Shown here: in pieces, positions 26,864 through 37,289 of the stretch
How positions within the stretch are numbered: the stretch's first letter is position 1
Layout of the letters: every line of letters begins with the position of its first letter
Assembly: GCA_965116765.1 (NCBI GenBank)
Contig: OZ220718.1
Location: 1,530,384 to 1,594,383, forward strand
From: Vicinamibacterales bacterium
GTDB taxonomy: Bacteria; Acidobacteriota; Vicinamibacteria; Vicinamibacterales; UBA8438
Length of the DNA: 64,000 nucleotides
Reading direction: 5' to 3'
Made by a program: the position numbers and the translations under genes
The notes under the pieces: generated by a model
What the model saw: the letters and a program-made list of their open reading frames with translations, nothing else
Database searches by the model: none
What the model was told of the DNA's origin: nothing

Positions 26864-27076
26864 GCCGACCCCGTCCGAACCGCGCAGCCTTCGAGTCGCA
26901 ATCGCGCCAGTGCGTTCCACCGACTCGGCCTTCAGGACGACCGTCGTGCTCGTGCCCGCGCTCCCTGCGTCTCGTCACACTATCGCACAATCATCATGCT
27001 CTTGCCCCCGCCCGATTCGGTCCGATCCGTCCGACGGCGCGGTTGCTGCGCTGGTGTAGGATGGACTCGGAGTCGA

Positions 27077-28114
27077 ATGTCACTCGCCGAGCTCATCAAC
27101 CATCGGGGCAATCCCGGAATCGCCCCGATGGACGGAAGACGGTATCCGCCGGTCGGCCTCGGCGTTGCCGGGCACCGTCGCGCCCGGGCTGCACACGGGC
27201 TCCGGGGCTGTCTGCTGGCGGCGGCGCTCGCCACGAGCCTGACTGCGACGCCGGTCTCGGCCCAGGACGAAATCGGGGTCGACGACGTCGTCGGCCGGGC
27301 CGCGGCCTACGTGGCGGGGTACGTCGACGACCTGTCGAACGTGGTGATGGAGGAGGACTACCGGCAGACCTATTATCCGGGGCGCTATAGCTTGCGGCGG
27401 GTCAACCGGCGCCTCGTGTCGGAGTTGCTGTTGATGCGGGTGGGCGGAGACGGTCAGTGGGTCGGGTTCCGCGACGTCGTCGAAGTCAACGGCCGGCAGC
27501 TACCGAACCGGGGAAGCCGGCTCGCCTCGCTCTTCGTGGACGACCGGACGGGCATCGACGGCGAGTCGAGCGTCCTCGCCCGGGCCCGCCGCATCAGCGA
27601 AGAGAGCGCCCGCTACAACCTGGGCTCGACCCACCGAACGTTCAACGTCCCCACCTACCCTCTCTTGTTCCTCCACCCGGCCCACCTCGATCGGTCCCGT
27701 TTCGAACCGATGCGCCCGGACCGCGAGGGCTGCGGGGGCGCGGCCACGGCGAGGAACGTGCGCTTCGAGGAGGTCGCGTATCCCACGATGACGCGCGGCT
27801 TCCTGGCCATCGACCTGCCGGCCCGCGGCCGCTTCTGCATCGACCCCGCGTCGGGCCGGGTGCTCGAGGCCGAGTTCGAGCTGCATCACCCCGCGGCGGG
27901 CGGGCAGCCGGCGACCGACGCACGCGCCCGGGTCTCGTTCGGGCTCGAGCCGCGGCTGAACCTCTGGGTCCCGACCGAGATGCGCGACATGGCCTCGGAG
28001 CACGGCGGCCCGCGCATGGGCGGCACCGCGCGGTACCGGAACTACCGGCAGTTCGACGTCCTCGTGTCGGAGAACACGGACCTGCCGTCCGAAGAGGACG
28101 TCAGCCCACGGTGA
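27077..28114 (+). CDS. Secreted hypothetical protein
   Basis: This is the C-terminal 345 codons of a long ORF. A signal-like segment CLLAAALATSLTATPVSAQ is present. Alternative start at 27128. Confidence 0.6.
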   Translation: MSLAELINHRGNPGIAPMDGRRYPPVGLGVAGHRRARAAHGLRGCLLAAALATSLTATPVSAQDEIGVDDVVGRAAAYVAGYVDDLSNVVMEEDYRQTYYPGRYSLRRVNRRLVSELLLMRVGGDGQWVGFRDVVEVNGRQLPNRGSRLASLFVDDRTGIDGESSVLARARRISEESARYNLGSTHRTFNVPTYPLLFLHPAHLDRSRFEPMRPDREGCGGAATARNVRFEEVAYPTMTRGFLAIDLPARGRFCIDPASGRVLEAEFELHHPAAGGQPATDARARVSFGLEPRLNLWVPTEMRDMASEHGGPRMGGTARYRNYRQFDVLVSENTDLPSEEDVSPR

Positions 28115-28330
28115 CAGCGCCGGCGGCTTCGACGACAACCGCCGAGGGTCGCCATCGTCCCGCCATCCGCCGGAACCGTTTCCCCGCCGCGAGCGTCGAG
28201 TTCGAGCGGATCCGGAACGACACCGCGATGTACAGCCTGGGCTCTCGCCCCGTCACGGGGCGAGCATCGGCGGTGACGACGGACGCCGACCGCCGAGGCA
28301 GGATGCCCAAGGGCTTCCGCCGCGGGGCTG

Positions 28331-29188
28331 CTACCCGGCAGCCGGCCGATGCGCCCGGAGGAAGGACCGTATCTGGCGCACCGCGATCGGAATCCGCTCC
28401 TCGGGCCGCTTCCACGGGAACATGCTCAGCTCGGACCGCGGCGCGAGCATCGCCGCCTCGATGGCGACGTCGTAGGGATGCGCCGGGATGTCGTCGGGCA
28501 GGATGAGGATCGGCGTCTGCAGCTCACGCACGAAGTCTCGCGTCACGGTGAAGACGAAGTCCGCGTTGGTGCGGTACATCCGGGTCAGGAACCGGTCGAC
28601 CATGTCCATCGTGATCTCGGGCCGGCGCGCGACGAGGTCCGGCCCCCAACCCCCCATGTTGTTGTCGTAGAACAGCGTGGGGTGCTCCGCGCTCCACGCG
28701 CTCGGCTGCGCCAGGACGGCCGCCACGACCCGATCGGGGGCCCGCCGCAGCAGGTTCCAGATGAACGGGCCGCCGATGCAGAAGCCGAGCACCATGAACT
28801 TGTCGATGCCCAGGTGATCCATCAGGCCGAGGTGGTCGTCGGTATGCGAGTCCCATGGCCGATCGATCTCCAGCGGACCGGAGGACTGCCCGCGGTTGGA
28901 GTTGCGCAGATCGGCCGCGATGACGCGGTTCTCTCCCTCGAGCTCCTCCAGCGGGTTGAAGGGATGAGTGGCGAGACCGGCGACCGAAGAGTTCAGTCCC
29001 CCGCCGGCGATGACGAGCAGCGGGAAGCCGGAGCCGGCCTCCTCGTAGCGGATGCGAACCGGACCCCGCTCGTAGAAGGACATGGCCCCTCCGTCCTGGC
29101 CGGCCTGCCCGGCGAACCCGCGCGTGGCCGCGAGAACCGTCGCCGCCGCGCCCGTCTTGAGTATCGTGCGTCTGGTCGGATCCACCAT
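28331..29188 (-). CDS. Alpha/beta-fold hydrolase with Tat-like signal
   Basis: 285 aa with TRRTILKTGAAA near the N-terminus. The nucleophile-elbow-like motif is GFCIGG. Confidence 0.8.
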   Translation of the reverse strand: MVDPTRRTILKTGAAATVLAATRGFAGQAGQDGGAMSFYERGPVRIRYEEAGSGFPLLVIAGGGLNSSVAGLATHPFNPLEELEGENRVIAADLRNSNRGQSSGPLEIDRPWDSHTDDHLGLMDHLGIDKFMVLGFCIGGPFIWNLLRRAPDRVVAAVLAQPSAWSAEHPTLFYDNNMGGWGPDLVARRPEITMDMVDRFLTRMYRTNADFVFTVTRDFVRELQTPILILPDDIPAHPYDVAIEAAMLAPRSELSMFPWKRPEERIPIAVRQIRSFLRAHRPAAG

Positions 29189-29417
29189 CGTGTCCTCCTC
29201 GCTGCCACACCCTCGTTCACGACGCGCCGGGCCGGATCGGCCGCCCCGCGGCGGCTCACGCTATCACCGTGCGATGGCCTTCGCAACCGTGGGCCTCGGC
29301 GCCGGCACACGAGGCGGCGCCTCGTCTTACGTGGGGGCACGCCACCCTCCTTCGTGCACCCATCTCGTCGCTGGCGGTCGATGACGGCAGGCGCTATCAT
29401 GCGGCCGGAGGTGAGCG

Positions 29418-31420
29418 ATGCGTTTCCGACGCCAAGTGTTGACGGTCGTACTCGGGATCGGGCTGAGCGGGTTTCAGGGCGTCGGCGAGGCGCAGGAGTC
29501 CGCGACGCCGGCCCCGAGGGTTCGCGCGTCACGCGGCTCGACATCACCAGCCGCGGGCCCGCCTTCGGCGGCCGGTCGTTCGGCGCCGTCGGCCCGTACG
29601 AGATTCTGCTCGGCACGGCCACCGCCGTCGCCGATCCGGATGCCCCCCTCGACGCCGGAATCGTGGACCTCGAGAACGCCCCGCGCAACGCGGACGGGCT
29701 GGTCGAGTACACCTTCGAGGTCGACATCCTCAAGCCGGTCGACATCACCCGGGGCAACGGCGTCCTGGTGTACGAGGTCAACAACCGCGGACGCAACATC
29801 GTCTTCGGCTACTTCCACGAGGCGGGAATTGGCTACGGGGCCGGGAACGCCGGCAACGCGTTCCTCATGAACCAGGGCTACACGTACGTATCGAGCGGCT
29901 GGCTGCACGGCGCGCCGCGCGCCGGCGACCCGCGCCCGGTGCTGGCGACCTTCCCGCTCGCCACCGACGACGGCCGGACGATCACCGGTACGTCGATGGA
30001 GGAGTGGCAGAACCCGGACAGCGCCACGTTCGGGCGGTTGACGTATCCCGCGGCGACGCTCGACGAGAGCGCCGCGTCCCTCACGCATCGTCAGCTCCAG
30101 GACGATCCGCGCCGGGCGGTGCCGGCCGACCGGTGGCACTACGTCGACGACAGGACGGTCGCCGTCACGCCCCCCGCGGGAACCGACGCGGGGACCATCT
30201 ACGAGTTCGTGTACGAGGCCCGGGACCCGATCGTCCACGGCCTGGGCTTCGCCGGCATGCGCGATCTCGTCTCGTTCGCGCGCTACCGCCCCGCCGACGA
30301 TCGGGGCGGCGCCAACCCGCTCTTCGTCGACGGCATGCCGGTGCTCGACCACGCGGTGGCCGTCGGCTCCTCGCAGAGCGGCCGGATGATCAGGGACTTC
30401 GTCTACCAGGGCTTCAACGAGGACCCGGCGGGGCGGCGCGTCTTCGACGGCATGACGCCGTACGTCGCGGGCGCGCGCCGCACGTGGGTCAACGCCCGCT
30501 TCGCGCAGACGGGCCGCTACACGCGCCAGCACGAGGACCACAACTACCCGATGGACGAGTTCCCGTTCACGTTCGCGACGACCACCGATGCGCTGACGGG
30601 CGGGACCGACGGGCTGCTGGCCGCGTGCACGGCCTCGGGCACCTGCCCCCGAATCATCCAGGTGGACGCCGAGTCGGAGTTCTACGGCGCCCACGCCTCG
30701 CTCATCGTCACCGACACGAGCGGCGGGGCGCTGGAGCTGCCGCCCAGCGTGCGCTACTGGATGCTCGGCACCGCGCATTCGCAGGGCGCGGCCGGGTGCC
30801 GCGACCCGGCCAACCCGGTGCGGCCGTGGCCGTACTACCGGTCGGCGTTCGACGCGATGGTGCGGTGGGTGCGCGACGGCGTCGAGCCGCCGGCGACGCG
30901 CGCGCCGTCGGTGGCCGACGGCACCGCGGTGACGGTCGCGCGGCAGGGCGAGCAGTATCCGACCATCCCGGACCGTCCCTACAACGACGCGATCAGCACG
31001 CTCGGCGTGCGCGACTTCTCGGTCTGGCCGCCGAAGGAGAGCGACGAGCGGTACCCGCTGTTCGTGCCGGGCCTCGACGCCGACGGCAACCTGGTGGCGG
31101 GGGTCATCGTGCCGGAGGTCGCGGCCCCGCTCTCCACCATGGGCAAGGCGGTTCGCGCGGCGGGCTTCGCCGAGGGCGACCTGTGCGGCGTGAACGGCTC
31201 CACGATTCCGTTCCCGCGGACGAAGGACGAGCGGACGGCGTCGGGCGATTCGCGGCTCTCGCTGGAAGAGCGCTATCCCGGCGGCGAGGCCGAGTACGTG
31301 CAGCGCTACGGCGAGGCGGCGGACGCGCTGGCCGCCGAGGGGTACCTGCTGCCCGCCGACGCCGAGACGCTCAAGCAGTCCGCCGCCGCCGCGTGGCGCG
31401 CGGCCGTCGCGGCGCCCTGA
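29418..31420 (+). pseudogene. Large secreted alpha/beta-hydrolase-domain protein; signal peptide out of frame with the mature domain
   Basis: The signal peptide MRFRRQVLTVVLGIGLSGFQGVGEAQE is in one frame, and the ~630-aa body (VTRLDITSRGPAFGG..SSQSGR..) is in another. The frame shift lies at about 29500-29530. This may be a sequencing error. Confidence 0.65.
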
Positions 31421-31500
31421 CGCGTCAGGATTTCGCCCCGGGCTGCCAAGTCGCGCCGGGGATTGGACGAACCGGTATGATGCGCTGGAAGGAGATCCGC

Positions 31501-32658
31501 ATGTCCACAATCCGTTTCTGCCTGCTGCTCGTCATCGGCCTGGGCCTGGCCGTCGCCGGCGCCCGGCCGGCGGCCAACTCGGAGGCGACCACCGGCGTCA
31601 CGCCGGAGTTCCAGCACATCAACAAGCTGGCGTTCGGGCCCGAAGGCGTCCTCTTCGCGGCCGACGCCCAGGAGGTGTCCATCACCGCGCTGCATCTCGG
31701 CGAGGAGATGGCCGGCGGGGTGCCCGGAACGCGGGACGTGCCCGCGATCGACCGGAAGGTCGCCGCGCTGCTCGGCATCGACGCCGGCAACCTGCTGATC
31801 ACCGACATGGTCGTCGACCCGCGGACGCGCAACACCTGGCTCTCGGTGATGCGCGGGCTCGGCGCCGGCGCGGTGCCGGTCCTCCTGCGCGTGGACGGCG
31901 CGGGCGAGATGGAGGTCGTCTCCCTCGACGAGGTCCGCTACACGCGCATCGGGGTGCCCAATCCGCCGCCGGCCGAGACGCCGCTGGTGCTCGCGGGCGG
32001 GCGGGAGATCCCCATCGCCAACTACCCCGACCAGGTCGACCCCGCGGGGCTGATCGGCGTGCAGACCATCACCCACATGGCCTTCATCGACGGCAACCTG
32101 TTCGTCTCGGGCCTGTCGAACGAGGAGTTCGCGTCGAAGATGCGGGTCATCCCCTATCCGTTCCGGGTGGCGGACGCGGGGACCAGCGTCGAGATCTACC
32201 ACGGGTCGCACGGGCAGCTCGAGACGTTCTCGCCGGTGTTCACCTTCGTGCCCTACGAGATCGACGGCGAGCCGTCGATCGTCGCCAGCTACCTGTGCAC
32301 GCCGCTCGTCAAGTTCCCCATCGCGGCCCTCGAGCCGGGCAGCAAGATCCAGGGGACGACGATCGCCGAGTTCGGCAACCGCAACCGGCCCATCGACATG
32401 ATCGTCTACGAGAAGGACGGGCAGGACTACATCCTGCTGTCGAACAACCAGCGCGGCGTGATGAAGGTGCCGACCGAGCCGTTCGGCGCCGCGGACGCCA
32501 TCGCCGACCCGATCCCCGACACGGCCGGCGTGCCGTTCGAGACCATCGAGTCGCTCGCGGGGGTGCGGCAGCTCGATCGGCTGGATGCCTCCCGCGCGAT
32601 GCTGCTCGTCGACGCCGCGGGCGGCGGGTTGAACCTCGAAGCGGCCGCGCTGCCGTAG
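31501..32658 (+). CDS. Secreted hypothetical protein
   Basis: The ATG at 31501 gives the signal peptide MSTIRFCLLLVIGLGLAVAGA. 385 aa with no recognised motif. Confidence 0.7.
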   Translation: MSTIRFCLLLVIGLGLAVAGARPAANSEATTGVTPEFQHINKLAFGPEGVLFAADAQEVSITALHLGEEMAGGVPGTRDVPAIDRKVAALLGIDAGNLLITDMVVDPRTRNTWLSVMRGLGAGAVPVLLRVDGAGEMEVVSLDEVRYTRIGVPNPPPAETPLVLAGGREIPIANYPDQVDPAGLIGVQTITHMAFIDGNLFVSGLSNEEFASKMRVIPYPFRVADAGTSVEIYHGSHGQLETFSPVFTFVPYEIDGEPSIVASYLCTPLVKFPIAALEPGSKIQGTTIAEFGNRNRPIDMIVYEKDGQDYILLSNNQRGVMKVPTEPFGAADAIADPIPDTAGVPFETIESLAGVRQLDRLDASRAMLLVDAAGGGLNLEAAALP

Positions 32659-32735
32659 GCGCCTGCATCCGATGAGACAGGCAGCGAGGGCGGTCGCCGT
32701 CGTGGCGGCGGCCCTCGCGTTCGAGGGCGGCGGCC

Positions 32736-33992
32736 GTGGCGGCGGCCGCCCTCGCGTTCGCGCCCGCGTGCTCGCCGACGAGCGGCCAGGCGCCGGAACC
32801 CGCCGCGGGCGCGCCGCGCATCCTGCTGGCCGCCTCGCCCTCCGGGCAGCGGACCGTCGACGTCGCGGGGCTGGCCGCCGGGGACCTCGCGCACCTCGAG
32901 CGCGCCGCCCTGTCGCGCGACGCGTGGCAGGCCATCCTGCGCGTCCGCGTCGCGCAGGCGATCCCGTCCCCCGCGGAGCTGCCGCCGGTCCTCGGCGACC
33001 ATGCCGTGCGCGACGGCGTGCTGCGCTTCACGCCGCGGTTTCCGTTCGATGCGGGTCAACGCTACGAGGTGGTGTTCGATCCGTCGTCCCTCCCGTCCGC
33101 GCGCGGCGGTTCCGCACCCACCCCGCCGCGCGTCCTCCGCGCGACGGTCGAGGTGCCCGCGCCCGACCGGGAGCCGTCGACCCGCGTCGTCGCCGTCTAT
33201 CCGACCGGTCCCGAGGTCCCGGAGAACCACCTCCGCCTGTACGTCGTCTTCTCGGCCCCGATGGGGCTGGGCGCGGGCGGCGCGCACGTCCGGCTGCTCG
33301 ACGAGCACGGCGAGCCCGTCGCCGACCCGTTCCTGCCGCTCGACGTCGACCTGTGGAACGCGGACCGCACGCGCTTCACCGTCCTCTACGACCCCGGGCG
33401 CGTCAAGCGCGGCATCCGGCCGAACGCCGAGCTGGGCCGCCCGCTGGCGGCGGAGCGCCGGTACACCCTGGTGATCGACGCCGACTGGCGCGACGCCGCC
33501 GGCCAGCCGCTCGTCGCGCCGTTCCGCCGGGAGTACCGGGTGGGTCCGCCCCGGGAGCGCGCCCTCGATCCCGCCGCCTGGCAGCTCGACCTCCCGGGCG
33601 GAGGCACGCGGGACCCTCTCGCGGTGCGCTTCCCGGTGCCGCTGGACTACGGCCTGCTGCAGCGCGCGCTCCACGTAGCAACTGGGGAAGGCCGGCCGCT
33701 GGCCGGGCAGGTCGGGGTCGACCAAGGTGAGACGCGCTGGACCTTCACCCCGCGCGCGCCGTGGCGGCCCGGTGAGTATCGACTCGTCGCGGCGGCGACC
33801 CTCGAGGACGTCGCCGGCAACCGCATCGGGCGGCCGTTCGAGGTCGACGCGGCCGAGGCCCAGGATCCCGAGCGCGCCCGCGGCGGCGTGGTGCCGTTCC
33901 GGATCGGCGGTCCGCTCGAGCGAATCCGGTCCGGCGAACCCGGCCCCGCCGCACCGCCGGCCGGCGCGAATCCGCGCGACGACGGCTGGTAG
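32736..33992 (+). CDS. Hypothetical (lipo)protein; 5' end disturbed by a 37-nt duplication
   Basis: The GTG-initiated ORF starts MAAAALAFAPAC. An upstream ATG at 32672 is in another frame. Removing the duplication restores the signal MRQAARAVAVVAAALAFAPAC. Confidence 0.65.
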   Translation: MAAAALAFAPACSPTSGQAPEPAAGAPRILLAASPSGQRTVDVAGLAAGDLAHLERAALSRDAWQAILRVRVAQAIPSPAELPPVLGDHAVRDGVLRFTPRFPFDAGQRYEVVFDPSSLPSARGGSAPTPPRVLRATVEVPAPDREPSTRVVAVYPTGPEVPENHLRLYVVFSAPMGLGAGGAHVRLLDEHGEPVADPFLPLDVDLWNADRTRFTVLYDPGRVKRGIRPNAELGRPLAAERRYTLVIDADWRDAAGQPLVAPFRREYRVGPPRERALDPAAWQLDLPGGGTRDPLAVRFPVPLDYGLLQRALHVATGEGRPLAGQVGVDQGETRWTFTPRAPWRPGEYRLVAAATLEDVAGNRIGRPFEVDAAEAQDPERARGGVVPFRIGGPLERIRSGEPGPAAPPAGANPRDDGW

Positions 33993-34044
33993 TCCGCCAT
34001 TCCAGCCGGCGGCGGCGTGCGCGTACCGGGCGACGTGGATGTCC

Positions 34045-34230
34045 GTCCCGGCACCCCCGCGGCGCGCCGACGTACCCCGGTCGCTCGAGGCTCCGGTGTC
34101 AGGCAAGGCCCGCCAGCGGGGTCCCGGCACCCCCCGGCGCCGACGTACCCGGGTCGCTCGAGGCTCCGGTGTCAGGCAAGGCCCGCCCGCGGGGTCCCGG
34201 CACCCCCGCGGCGCGCCGACGTACCCCGGA
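34045..34230. repeat. About 2.5 tandem copies of a 73-76-bp intergenic repeat
   Basis: Units start at 34045, 34121 and 34194 (GTCCCGGCACCCCC..GTGTCAGGCAAGGCCCGCC.GCGGG). Each junction can fold as GCGGGG..CCCCGC. The array lies between convergent genes. Confidence 0.8.
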
Positions 34231-34319
34231 GACTGTGTCCGCCCCGTGCTTCCGACCCGCCAACCCGACCAGAGCAGCCGAACCGGACCGTCCTGCGCAT
34301 GAGCGCGCGCCGGCCGGGG

Positions 34320-36098
34320 TCACTCGGGCAGACCGAACACGAACAGGTTGTTCCCCTGGCTGGGGCTCAGCTCCGGGGTCAGGTTGATGAACCGCGGCGT
34401 GCCCGTGCTCACCGCCACGTACTGGCGGCCGTCGACCGCATAGGTGATCGGGAACCCCGACACCGACGAGCCGAGGTTGACCTCCCAGAGCACCTCGCCG
34501 GTCTCCTGGTCGAACGCGCGGAAGCGGCCGTTGACGTCGCCGCCGAAGACGAGGCCGCCGCCGGTGGTGACGAGCGACATGGTGGCGGCGCGCTGCTCGT
34601 GGACCCAGGCGGTCTCGCCGGTCTCGGCCGAGATGGCCCAGACCGCGCCGACCTGGTCGGTGCCCGGGGCGATCTCGGGGCGCCAGTTGATGGCGTAGAT
34701 CGAGGTGCTCTCCGGGCCCTCGGCGATCATCTGCGCGCAGACGTTGCGCAGCGGCATGTACATGGTGTTGGTCAGCGGGCTGTAGGCGCCCGCCTCCCAG
34801 TCCTTGCCGCCGCTGGCGTGGGGGCAGGTGAGCACCTGCTGCCCCGCCCCGGTGAAGATGAGCTCGGGGTTCTCGGTCACCGCGCCCGACGCGCCGTCGA
34901 TGTGGCTGATGACATTCTGGGTGATGGTGGGCCTGGCCCACAGGAACTCGCCGGTCTCGCGGTCGAGGGTGTAGACGACGCCGGTCTTGCCGGGGATGCC
35001 GGTGATGACCCGGCGCGTCTCGCCCGGCTGCACGCCGGGGTTGATCCAGTCGACGGCGCCGGCGTCGGGAGCGACCGCGGTGTCGACGAGCAGGCGCTCG
35101 AAGGGATGGTCGAGGTCCCAGTGGTCGTTCAGGTGCTGGTAGTACCAGGCGATCTCGCCGGTGTCGGCGTCGAGGGCGAGGGTCGAGTTGTGGTACAGGT
35201 GCCGGAGGTCGGCGCCGCCGATGAGGAACTTCGGCGCCGGCGAGGTGACCGACGTCCCGATGTAGAGCAGGTTCAGGGCGGGGTCGTAGCTCGGCACCAT
35301 CCACGCCCCGACGTGCCGGCGCTCCTCGAACGGCACCCCGCCCCAGGTCTCGTCGCCCGGCTCGCCCGGCGCGGGGATGGTGCGCCGCCGCCACAGCTCG
35401 CGGCCGGTGTCGGGGTCGTGAGCGGTGATGACGCACGCGTCGGGCCCGCCCGCGGGCATGCAGCTCCGGCCCGAGACGACCTTGCCGTCCGCCACGATGG
35501 GCCCCGAGCTCTGGGTGGCGGGATGGGTCCGGTAGTCGAGCACCTGCGTCTCCCACACCATGCGCCCGGTCTCGGCGTCGAGGGCGAAGATGTGGTCGTC
35601 GGCGCTGGTGTCGAGGATGGTCGAGCCGTAGATGGCGATGTTCCGGTTGTTCTGCCAGAGGGTGTTGAAGACGTAGTCGGCGATGTCGTCGGGCACCTCG
35701 CGGCGGTGCTCCCAGACGAGGTCGCCGGTGACCGCGTCGATGGCCTGGATGACGTCGGCGGGGTTCGGCATGTAGAGGACGCCGCCGTAGGCGAGCGGCG
35801 TGCCCTGCTGGCGCCCCTCGGTGAGGGCGCGGGTCCAGACCATGCGCAGGTCGCCGACGTTGTCGCGGTCGATCTGGTCGAGCGGGCTGTAGCCCCAGCC
35901 GTCGAGGGTGCGGCGCCACATCAGCCAGTCGTCCGGCGCCGGGTCCTGCAGCATCTCGTCGGTGACCGGCACGAAGTCGGACTCGGGCTGGGCCTGAGCG
36001 GCGGCCGGGACCGCGAGCGCGCCACCCAGCGCAACGAACAGCAAGATGACGAGGCGGCCGGGGACCTTGCGGGCAACGGGGGCTGGCGTCTGCATCAC
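34320..36098 (-). CDS. Secreted PQQ-dependent dehydrogenase-like propeller (paralogue 2, close to 13701-15452)
   Basis: 592 aa, collinear with paralogue 1 along its whole length (DFVPVTDEMLQDPAPDDWLMWRR..NNLFVFGLPE). Confidence 0.9.
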   Translation of the reverse strand: MMQTPAPVARKVPGRLVILLFVALGGALAVPAAAQAQPESDFVPVTDEMLQDPAPDDWLMWRRTLDGWGYSPLDQIDRDNVGDLRMVWTRALTEGRQQGTPLAYGGVLYMPNPADVIQAIDAVTGDLVWEHRREVPDDIADYVFNTLWQNNRNIAIYGSTILDTSADDHIFALDAETGRMVWETQVLDYRTHPATQSSGPIVADGKVVSGRSCMPAGGPDACVITAHDPDTGRELWRRRTIPAPGEPGDETWGGVPFEERRHVGAWMVPSYDPALNLLYIGTSVTSPAPKFLIGGADLRHLYHNSTLALDADTGEIAWYYQHLNDHWDLDHPFERLLVDTAVAPDAGAVDWINPGVQPGETRRVITGIPGKTGVVYTLDRETGEFLWARPTITQNVISHIDGASGAVTENPELIFTGAGQQVLTCPHASGGKDWEAGAYSPLTNTMYMPLRNVCAQMIAEGPESTSIYAINWRPEIAPGTDQVGAVWAISAETGETAWVHEQRAATMSLVTTGGGLVFGGDVNGRFRAFDQETGEVLWEVNLGSSVSGFPITYAVDGRQYVAVSTGTPRFINLTPELSPSQGNNLFVFGLPE

Positions 36099-36369
36099 AC
36101 GCCCATTCTAGCGCCATCATCGCGGCGCGCAGCTCCATCAGATGCGCCGCCCGGGTCGGCGTCGTCCATCAACGCGGGCTGCGTCGGTCCAGCTTGGCGC
36201 CGTACATCCCGCCGCCTGCGCGGCGCCGAGCACCCTCCGCAAGTCCGGCAGATGCGCCGGGCTGACCGGAGTCACTCCCGCCTTCAGGACGGGATCCGTC
36301 CAAGTGAGCGCTGGACCAACCCAAACGAGTGAAGCGCCTTGCTTCCCGCTACGCGTCCGCGGCGGACGC

Positions 36370-36622
36370 TCACTCCGGCAAAGAGAATACGAAGAGGTTG
36401 TTCCCGAAGCTCGGCCGGATCTCCGGGGTCAGCGCGAGGAACGCCAACGGGTTGCCCCCCACGCCGGTGCTGGCCGCGACGTACTGTCGGCCATCCACCG
36501 CGAAGGTGATGGGGAAGCCGGTCAGGGGCGAGCCGAGGTTGATCTCCCAGAGCACTTCGCCGGTCTCGTGGTCGAACGCGCGGAAACGGCCGTTCGCGTC
36601 GCCGCCGAAGACCAGGCGTTCG
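36370..36622 (-). pseudogene. 3' fragment (last ~81 codons) of a third paralogous PQQ dehydrogenase
   Basis: LVFGGDANGRFRAFDHETGEVLWEINLGS..NNLFVFSLPE is followed by a stop. Homology ends abruptly at about 36622. Confidence 0.75.
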
Positions 36623-36739
36623 ACCCCGACTTGCCGGTTCTCGGCGCGACGGGGCCGCGATAGACTCGTCCGGCCGGTTGATCGAGATCGAGGACGAAGT
36701 TGCCCGTGCAGCCTGTCGGCGACCGCGGCGCCCGCGTGC

Positions 36740-37289
36740 AAGGCGGTGTGGGAAACGCGCTGCACATGGTGGGACGGTTCTAGACGGACGGCCCGCGCGT
36801 TTTCGATGCCGCCGGCAGGATGGCGCTCGCACGGCGGGCTCAAACAGTGAGGCGAGGTCGACCTCAAGGCGCGGGAGTGGTGCGTACCGGCATCGCGGAT
36901 GAAGGGCGCGGCGGTCGGGTGCCGTTGTCGGATGCGGCTGTGGCCGTGCTCGAGAGCATGAGAGCATATTCTGACGGCGCGGCCGATTCGCTGATCTTCC
37001 CTGGCGTGGGCGGGCGGCCCCTGAACGGCAACACGTTGATCAAGGCGTTGCGGAGAGCGACCGGTACGGGGATGCGGACGTTCACGGCTTCCGGTCGAGT
37101 TTCCGCACATGGGCGGCGGAGCGGTCCGGGGTGACGAGGGACGTGGCGGAGATGGCCCTTGCGCACGTGGTCGGCCGGGGCTGTCGAGCGGAGGTTTACG
37201 CGCGAAGTGATCTGCTCGACCAGCGGCGCGGGCTGATGGGCCGATGGGCCGCGTTCGTGATTGCTGAAGTCTGGAAACGGGAACGATGA
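36740..37289 (+). pseudogene. P4-type tyrosine integrase remnant (C-terminal part, several frameshifts/deletions)
   Basis: The motifs lie in three different frames: AVWETR, EVDLKAREWCVPASRMKG, RVPLSDAAVAVL, and HGFRSSFRTWAAE..MALAHV..VYARSDLLDQRRGLM. The stop overlaps the next ATG (ATGA). Confidence 0.7.

Noticed and set aside
13701-36098. Reading the D-x-D motif (WDLDHP, WDYDTG) in the other PQQ paralogues as a lanthanide signature.
   Set aside because: The extra-Asp rule is established only within the MDH/ADH type I clade. Glucose-dehydrogenase-type and other propellers also have D-x-D at this position, so the motif is uninformative for them.
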